Positions 34,900 to 40,413 of a stretch of DNA of 40,413 nt are shown here, piece by piece. The stretch spans positions 75,959-116,371 of the forward strand of contig JBBIOM010000003.1 of the NCBI GenBank assembly GCA_037443365.1. The letters are read 5' to 3'. Each line of letters opens with the position of its first letter. Position 1 is the stretch's first letter. Origin of the DNA: Armatimonadota bacterium (GTDB lineage Bacteria; Sysuimicrobiota; Sysuimicrobiia; Sysuimicrobiales; Humicultoraceae). A program made the translations under genes and the position numbers. The notes under the pieces are model-generated. The model was not told where the DNA came from and did not search any database. It saw only the letters and a program-made list of their open reading frames with translations.

Positions 34900-36347
34900 A
34901 GGGCGCCAACACACTCAAGCCCGCCGAGCGCCTGAAGATTCCTCGCCAGCAGCCGATAGAGCAGTCACCCGAAGAGCGCCGCGGCAACTTCCGGGAGGTC
35001 TGCCTGGGGATCGACGAGGCCGCCGCGCTGCTAGAAGCATCACGCTGTCTGGAGTGCAAGGACCCGGTCTGCGTGAACGGCTGCCCGGTGAGCATTGACA
35101 TTAGGGAGTTCGTGAACCTCCTGCTGCTGCGCGACTACGTTGGAGCGATCAACAAGATACGCGAGGCCAACTATCTCCCGGGCATCTGCGGGAGAGTCTG
35201 CCCCCAGGAGGTGCAGTGCGAGCAGCTCTGCGTGCTGGGAAAGAAGTTCACCCCGCTGTCGATCGGGAAGCTCGAGAGGTTCGCCGCCGACTACGAGCTG
35301 CGGCACAACCTCTATGTTGACCCCCCGCTGCCGGAGCGGCGCGAGGAGAAGGTGGCCGTGGTCGGGTCAGGGCCCTCGGGTCTTACCTGCGCGGCCGAGC
35401 TGGCCAAGATCGGCTATCGCGTTACGATCTTCGAGGCGCTTCACGCGCCGGGCGGGGTGCTGCGCTACGGAATCCCGGAGTTCCGCCTTCCGCGCGAGAT
35501 CCTGGACCTCGAGATCGACCGTGTGAAGTCCCTGGGCGTGGAGATAGTCACCAACTTCGTCGTGGGCAGGACGGCGACGATTGACGAGCTGATGGGCGAG
35601 TGGGGGTTTAGGGCCGTCTATCTGGCCACGGGCGCCGGCACGCCGTACTTCATGGGCATCCCCGGCGAGAGCCTTATCGGCGTCTACTCGGCCAACGAGT
35701 TCCTGTCCCGCGTCAACCTCATGAAGGCGTATCGTTTTCCCGAGTACGACACGCCGGTCAAGGTCGGCAGGCAGGTCGCCGTGATCGGCGGGGGAAACAC
35801 GGCCATGGACGCGGTGCGCACGGCGCTGCGTCTCGGCGCCGAGGATGCCTACCTCATCTACCGGCGGTCGCGCGATGAGATGCCGGCCCGCGTGGAAGAG
35901 GTCCACCACGCCGAGGAAGAGGGCGTGCAGTTCATGCTCCTGACCACTCCCACCCGCGTACTGGGCGACTCTAACAACCACGTATGCGGAATCGAGTGCC
36001 AGCGGATGGAGCTGGGCGAACCCGATGCCTCGGGACGCCGCAGGCCCATTCCGGTCAAGGGGTCGGAGTTCGTGGTGCCCGTGCAGACGGTCGTCCTGGC
36101 GATTGGCCAGATGCCCAACCCGATCATACAGGCCACCACTCCAGGGCTGGCGACCAGCTCACGGGGCACCGTGGTCGCCAGCGAGGACCAGGCGACCAGC
36201 CGGCCGGGCGTGTTTGCCGGGGGCGACCTGTCCAGGGGCGGTGCCACCGTGATCCTGGCTATGCGTGACGGCAAGCTTGCCGCCGCCTCGATTGACAGGT
36301 ACCTGCGCGCCGCCGATCGCGCGTCGCAGGACGCTTCGCCCGTCTAG
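34896..36347 (+). CDS. nfnB: NfnB/SudA-like glutamate-synthase small-chain homolog (2x[4Fe-4S], FAD, NADPH)
   Basis: RCLECKDPVCVNGCP, ICGRVCPQEVQCE, GSGPSG, YGIPEFRL, GGGNTAMD and FAGGD. Coupled to nfnA by a GTGA overlap. No gltB nearby. Confidence 0.87.
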   Translation: MKGANTLKPAERLKIPRQQPIEQSPEERRGNFREVCLGIDEAAALLEASRCLECKDPVCVNGCPVSIDIREFVNLLLLRDYVGAINKIREANYLPGICGRVCPQEVQCEQLCVLGKKFTPLSIGKLERFAADYELRHNLYVDPPLPERREEKVAVVGSGPSGLTCAAELAKIGYRVTIFEALHAPGGVLRYGIPEFRLPREILDLEIDRVKSLGVEIVTNFVVGRTATIDELMGEWGFRAVYLATGAGTPYFMGIPGESLIGVYSANEFLSRVNLMKAYRFPEYDTPVKVGRQVAVIGGGNTAMDAVRTALRLGAEDAYLIYRRSRDEMPARVEEVHHAEEEGVQFMLLTTPTRVLGDSNNHVCGIECQRMELGEPDASGRRRPIPVKGSEFVVPVQTVVLAIGQMPNPIIQATTPGLATSSRGTVVASEDQATSRPGVFAGGDLSRGGATVILAMRDGKLAAASIDRYLRAADRASQDASPV

Positions 36348-37831
36348 TCCCGCGCCGTCAGGTACTCCAGCAGCGTCCGGACGCCGTAGCCCGAGGCACC
36401 CTTGGGCGTGCAGGCGTTCGTCCCCTCGTCTCTTTCAAGGTATGCAACGGGCGCGATGTCCACGTGGGCCCAGGGTATCCCGCCGGTGAACTCCCGGATG
36501 AAGATGGCGCCCTTCTGCGCCCCTCCTGGACGCGTGCCCGAGTTCTTGATATCGGCCACATCGCTGCGCATGGCCTTTCGGTACTCCTCGTAGAGCGGCA
36601 GCTGGACCAGCCGTTCCCCTGCCCTGCCCGCCGCGCCCACGAGGCGGTTGATCAGGTTCTGGTTGGTCCCCATCACGGCGGCGGCGTACGGGCCCAGCGC
36701 GATGCTGGCCGCGCCCGTGAGGGTTGCCACGTCAATGATCTCGCCCGGCGCGCCCGCTGCCAGGTGGGCCACCGCGTCGGCCAGGATCAACCGGCCCTCC
36801 GCGTCGGTGTTGGTGACCTCGACCGTTGTGCCGTTGAGACCCCTGAAGACGTCTCCAGGGCGCATCGCACGGCTTCCGACGGCGTTCTCCACCGCGGCGA
36901 TCGCCGCGGTCACGCGCACCGGAGGAGACAGCAGGGGCAGGGCGCGCATCGTCGCGAGGACCGCCGCGGCGCCGGCCATGTCGCCCTTCATGGTGGCCAT
37001 GCTCTCAGCCGGCTTGATGTCGAGCCCTCCCGAGTCGAACGTCACGCCCTTGCCGGCAAGCGCCACGGTGCGCCTGGGCCTTTGCGGGGTGTACTCCAGC
37101 AGGATCAGGCGCGGCGTGTGCGCGCTGGCGCCGCCCACCGCCATTATCAGTTCCATGCCCCGCTTCTTGAGGTCCGCGGGCCCCCAGACCTGGATCTTGA
37201 GCTTGGTGCCCCTTGCGATCCGGCGGGCTTCCCCGGCAAGCGCGTCAGGGGGAAGGATGTTGGCCGGCTCGTTCACCAGGTCGCGGGCGTAGTTGACCGC
37301 GTCGCCCACCACCTGTCCTCGCCGGCGCCCGGCTTCCACCGCCGTGGCCTCCGCGCGGTTGGCGGCCAGCAGCTCAAGGTGGACGGTGTGGCCCTTCTCG
37401 CTGCGGTGCTTGGTGAACGCGTAGGTGCCCAGCAGGGCGCCCTCCGTGCGCGCGGCAGCGACCGCGGCCGGCTCCCAGTTCTGGTGCTGGAAGGGCGGGA
37501 AGGCCAGGCGCGTCAGGCGGCGCTCGACCGCTGCGCCGGCCACCGCTGCCGCGGCTAGTCGCAGCCGGTCGGGGCTGAAGGAGTCGCGGTCGCCCAGCCC
37601 CACGACCGCCAGGCGTCCGGCCGGCAGGCGCCCGTGAGTGTGGAAGAACACCACCTTGCCGATCTCCGCGGTGAAGTGCTCCTCGTGGAGCGCGCGGGCA
37701 AGCATTCCGCCCAGCGCCTGATCCATCCTGGCAGCGATGCCCTCGAGCCGCGCGGGCCCGGCGAACACCCCAATGGCCAGCACATCGCAGCGGTGAGCGG
37801 TCGGGTCGGCGACTACCACGCGAACTGTCAC
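36344..37831 (-). CDS. pepA: Leucyl aminopeptidase (M17)
   Basis: GKGVTFDSGG, MKGDMAGAA, NTDAEGRLILAD, DVATLTGA and WAHVDIA. SD GAGGAGG before the GTG. Confidence 0.95.
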   Translation of the reverse strand: MTVRVVVADPTAHRCDVLAIGVFAGPARLEGIAARMDQALGGMLARALHEEHFTAEIGKVVFFHTHGRLPAGRLAVVGLGDRDSFSPDRLRLAAAAVAGAAVERRLTRLAFPPFQHQNWEPAAVAAARTEGALLGTYAFTKHRSEKGHTVHLELLAANRAEATAVEAGRRRGQVVGDAVNYARDLVNEPANILPPDALAGEARRIARGTKLKIQVWGPADLKKRGMELIMAVGGASAHTPRLILLEYTPQRPRRTVALAGKGVTFDSGGLDIKPAESMATMKGDMAGAAAVLATMRALPLLSPPVRVTAAIAAVENAVGSRAMRPGDVFRGLNGTTVEVTNTDAEGRLILADAVAHLAAGAPGEIIDVATLTGAASIALGPYAAAVMGTNQNLINRLVGAAGRAGERLVQLPLYEEYRKAMRSDVADIKNSGTRPGGAQKGAIFIREFTGGIPWAHVDIAPVAYLERDEGTNACTPKGASGYGVRTLLEYLTARD

Positions 37832-38814
37832 GGTCTTCCTCCTCTTGTCCCTGTCCTGTAGCCCAGGGGAATCTCCTGCCCCACCCCGGATGAGACCGCG
37901 CGGCGGTAGAGCAGCTCCATCGTCACCACGTCTTCCATGGCAATGCCCTGCGACTCGAAGAGCGTGATCTGCTCCGGGCGGCTCCTGCCCGGGCTGGATC
38001 CTGCCACGATGCTTCCCAACTCGGTCACGCGCTCCCAGACCGCCTCCCCGGCCGCGGCAGCGGCGATTAGATCTCCGCACTCGATGCGCGCCTGGTCCAG
38101 GGAGTCCACGGCGACCAGGTCGCTGCGGCGTACGGCCTCGGCATCCAGCTCCCGCCGCCAGGCCGCGTTGGAACCGATGGCGTTGACGTGCGCGCCCGGG
38201 GAAAGCCATGCTCCCTGGAGCACCGGCTCCCGCGCCGAGGTGGCGGTCACGACGATCTCGGAATCCTCCGCGGCCTCCTGGGCACTCCCAACGGCCACCA
38301 CCTCGGTCCCCAGCTCCGATGCCATCTCGGCGGCAAAGGCCTCGCGCCGCTCCTCGGACCGGCTGTGCACCTTCACGAGCGCCACCGGCCGGACGCGCGC
38401 CACGGCCGCGATCTGGCTGCGCGCCTGCCACCCGCTGCCGATGACGCCGAGCGATCCGGCCCCGGCGCGCGCCATGTACTTCGTGGCCACGGCGCTGGCC
38501 GCGCCGGTGCGCATCTGGCCGAGGCGGTCGGCCTCGGCGATCAGCACCGGCTCGCCATCCTCGAAACGGTAGAGCACGGCGACGAACCGCGCCCCTGACG
38601 GGGTGGTGGAGTAGGACTTGACGCCCATGACCCCGAGGGCGGGCGCCGAGGCGTGCATCACGTGCAGCGTCCCCGCGGGCGCGACTAGCCGGCTCCTTGA
38701 CTGGTTTTGGCCCGTGCCCTCTCCCAGGAAGCGAAACCCCTGCTCGACGGCGGCGATCACGTCGTCCATGTCAAGGAGCGTGCTCACATCACCATCGCGC
38801 AGCAGCAGCGCCAT
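37828..38814 (-). CDS. Ornithine cyclodeaminase/mu-crystallin family protein
   Basis: MGVKSY, MRTGAASAVATKYM, IGSGWQA, HVNAIGS, GDL and FESQGIAMED. Confidence 0.9.
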   Translation of the reverse strand: MALLLRDGDVSTLLDMDDVIAAVEQGFRFLGEGTGQNQSRSRLVAPAGTLHVMHASAPALGVMGVKSYSTTPSGARFVAVLYRFEDGEPVLIAEADRLGQMRTGAASAVATKYMARAGAGSLGVIGSGWQARSQIAAVARVRPVALVKVHSRSEERREAFAAEMASELGTEVVAVGSAQEAAEDSEIVVTATSAREPVLQGAWLSPGAHVNAIGSNAAWRRELDAEAVRRSDLVAVDSLDQARIECGDLIAAAAAGEAVWERVTELGSIVAGSSPGRSRPEQITLFESQGIAMEDVVTMELLYRRAVSSGVGQEIPLGYRTGTRGGRP

Positions 38815-38978
38815 CACGGTTCCCCGCGCCAATGCCTGAATGCATCGGCGTTCCAGTGAAGTTCCCCAGTCCGGGGCAGTGTTCCTCCAGGGATGGGCTC
38901 AGCCACTTGTGTCATGCTGCACGGCGCGGCAAAGGGCTTCCTTGGGCCGGCGCGAATCATGAGGCCAGGAGGAATGCC

Positions 38979-40154
38979 ATGCTCGAACACCTGTTCGATA
39001 CGATTGAGTCCCGCCGCGGCGATCTGGTTGACCTGCGCCGCGACCTGCACGCGCATCCAGAACTCGCCTTCCAGGAGAAGAGGACGGCCGGGATCGTGGA
39101 GGCGCGCCTTCGCGCGGCCGGGCTGGAAGTGCGCGGCGGGCTGGCGCAGACCGGGGTCGTCGGAGTCCTGCGCGGGAGCAGGCCCGGACGGACCGTCCTG
39201 GTCCGGGCCGATATCGACGCCCTGCCCATACAGGAGACAAGCGAGGCGCCGTACAAGAGCCAGATCCCCGGACGCATGCATGCCTGCGCACACGACGGGC
39301 ACACCGCGATCGCGCTGGTCCTGGCCGAGATCATGGCCGAACGCCGGGGGGCGTTGGCGGGCACGCTGACCTTCGCCTTCCAGCCCGCTGAGGAGATCAC
39401 CTCGGGCGCGCTGCCGATGATCGAGGCGGGCGCCATGGGCGACCCCCCGGCCGATGCCGCGATCGGGCTCCACATCTGGAACGACCTGCCCGTCGGGACC
39501 GTAGCCGCGAGCCCGGGGCCGGTCTTCGGCGCCGTGGACGAGATCGCGATCTCCATCGAGGGACGCGGCGGGCACGGCGCGGTCCCCCACCTGGCGACCG
39601 ACCCAATCGTGGCCGCCGCCCAGGCCATCGTGGCCCTTCAGACGGTCGTCAGCCGCGAGACGGCCCCGCTTGAGACGGCCGTCGTGACCGTCGCGATGAT
39701 CCATGCGGGCACGGCGTTCAACATCATACCCGATCGCGTAGAGATGCGCGGGACGGTCAGGTCGTTTGCCGATGACGTGCGCGAACGCACGCTGCGTCGC
39801 GTCGAGGAGATCGCAGCCGGGGTGGCCGGGGCGATGCGATGCAAGGCGACCCTGACCACCCGGTTCGGAACCCCGCCCGTGGTCAACGACGAGGCGGTCA
39901 CCGCGGTCGTGCGCGAGGTGGCCGCCAGGGTCGTGTCGGCCGAGCGCGTGGTGAGCCAGACGCCCACCACCGGCGGCGACGACATGGCCTATTTCCTGCA
40001 GCGCGCCCCGGGCTGCTACTTCGCGGTCGGATCGTGCAACCGCGATCGTGGCCTGGACGCCGCGCACCACAATCCACGCTTCGACTTCGACGAGGAGGCG
40101 CTGGTCATCGGCGCAAAGGTCCTGGGCGGAGCGGCGCTGAGGCTCACGCAGTGA
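38979..40154 (+). CDS. M20D amidohydrolase (Acy1/hippurate hydrolase-like)
   Basis: RRDLHAHPELAFQE, RADIDALP, MHACAHDGH, FQPAEE, GRGGHGA and HHNPRFDFDE. SD AGGAGG. Confidence 0.93.
   Translation: MLEHLFDTIESRRGDLVDLRRDLHAHPELAFQEKRTAGIVEARLRAAGLEVRGGLAQTGVVGVLRGSRPGRTVLVRADIDALPIQETSEAPYKSQIPGRMHACAHDGHTAIALVLAEIMAERRGALAGTLTFAFQPAEEITSGALPMIEAGAMGDPPADAAIGLHIWNDLPVGTVAASPGPVFGAVDEIAISIEGRGGHGAVPHLATDPIVAAAQAIVALQTVVSRETAPLETAVVTVAMIHAGTAFNIIPDRVEMRGTVRSFADDVRERTLRRVEEIAAGVAGAMRCKATLTTRFGTPPVVNDEAVTAVVREVAARVVSAERVVSQTPTTGGDDMAYFLQRAPGCYFAVGSCNRDRGLDAAHHNPRFDFDEEALVIGAKVLGGAALRLTQ
38983..38998. promoter_or_regulatory. Candidate second LexA box (TCGAAC-N4-GTTCGA) within the first codons of the amidohydrolase
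   Basis: TCGAAC-ACCT-GTTCGA has perfect palindromic arms and begins 1 nt after the ATG codon. It lies in coding sequence, so it may be coincidental. Confidence 0.4.
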
Positions 40155-40224
40155 TCCCCACCGCAGTGCCGTCAGAGGACCGGGCCGCACCCCGTCGAAT
40201 GTGTCGGTCTGCAGAGGTGCGCCT

Positions 40225-40413
40225 ATGGATCAGCCTGTGAGTGCGAACGGTCCGAGAGCAGGGGACCTCCCACTGCGCTTCCGCCGGCTGTCCGTCGTTG
40301 TTGGGGCCGCCGGTTTGGCACTGCTGGCGGCGGCGCTGCTGCGCCTTCCCGTTCTTCCGTGGCACCTGTGGCTCCTCTTCGGCGCCGTGTCACTGATCTC
40401 CGGTGCGATCGTC
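40225..40413 (+). CDS. Membrane protein, N-terminal part (truncated by window edge)
   Basis: SD GAGGTG. MDQPVSANG...LSVVVGAAGLALLAAALLRLPVLPWHLWLLFGAVSLISGAIV has two hydrophobic segments and is open to the window end. Confidence 0.7.
   Translation, partial: MDQPVSANGPRAGDLPLRFRRLSVVVGAAGLALLAAALLRLPVLPWHLWLLFGAVSLISGAIV

Noticed and set aside
129..40190. Many long overlapping or antisense ORFs in the track (e.g. 1397..3319 -, 1480..3063 +, 10324..11979 -, 23563..24999 -, 38814..40190 -)
   Set aside because: These are shadow ORFs typical of high-GC coding DNA. They overlap genes with clear family motifs and have Arg/Pro/Gly-rich, motif-free translations.
1..40413. CRISPR arrays, IS elements, tandem repeats, rRNA
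   Set aside because: I found no regularly spaced repeats, terminal inverted repeats with a transposase, or rRNA-like sequence by eye.

Overview
GC-rich bacterial chromosomal window made up mostly of metabolic and housekeeping genes. I saw no integrase, transposase, prophage gene or CRISPR array. From left to right it contains: (i) three tandem FbpABC/AfuABC-type ABC importers interleaved with homologs of the Thermotoga-type inositol catabolic genes iolN and iolO; (ii) pheA; (iii) a decayed DUF47-pit operon collapsed by several in-frame deletions; (iv) a PPi-dependent phosphofructokinase divergent from hyi-garR; (v) an MrfA/MrfB-like helicase-exonuclease pair preceded by a Gram-positive-type LexA (SOS) box; (vi) an unannotated 54-aa membrane protein and a poly-Fe-S protein; (vii) a complete Leu T-box with no U-tract terminator, possibly acting on translation, upstream of leuACDB; (viii) tRNA-Asp and a TIGR01777 oxidoreductase; (ix) an orphan operon of a ketopantoate-reductase-like enzyme, an SDR and an M28 hydrolase with non-canonical active sites; (x) tRNA-Phe, a YerA-like adenine deaminase, an MBL hydrolase, nfnAB, pepA, an ornithine-cyclodeaminase-family gene, an M20D amidohydrolase with a perfect SOS-box palindrome in its first codons, and a partial membrane protein. 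The best candidates for undescribed biology are the triple sugar-phosphate-type ABC plus iolNO module, the putative translational Leu T-box, the SOS-boxed mrfAB, and the orphan M28/SDR/KPR operon. Family assignments come from motif recognition and recall; no database search was run.
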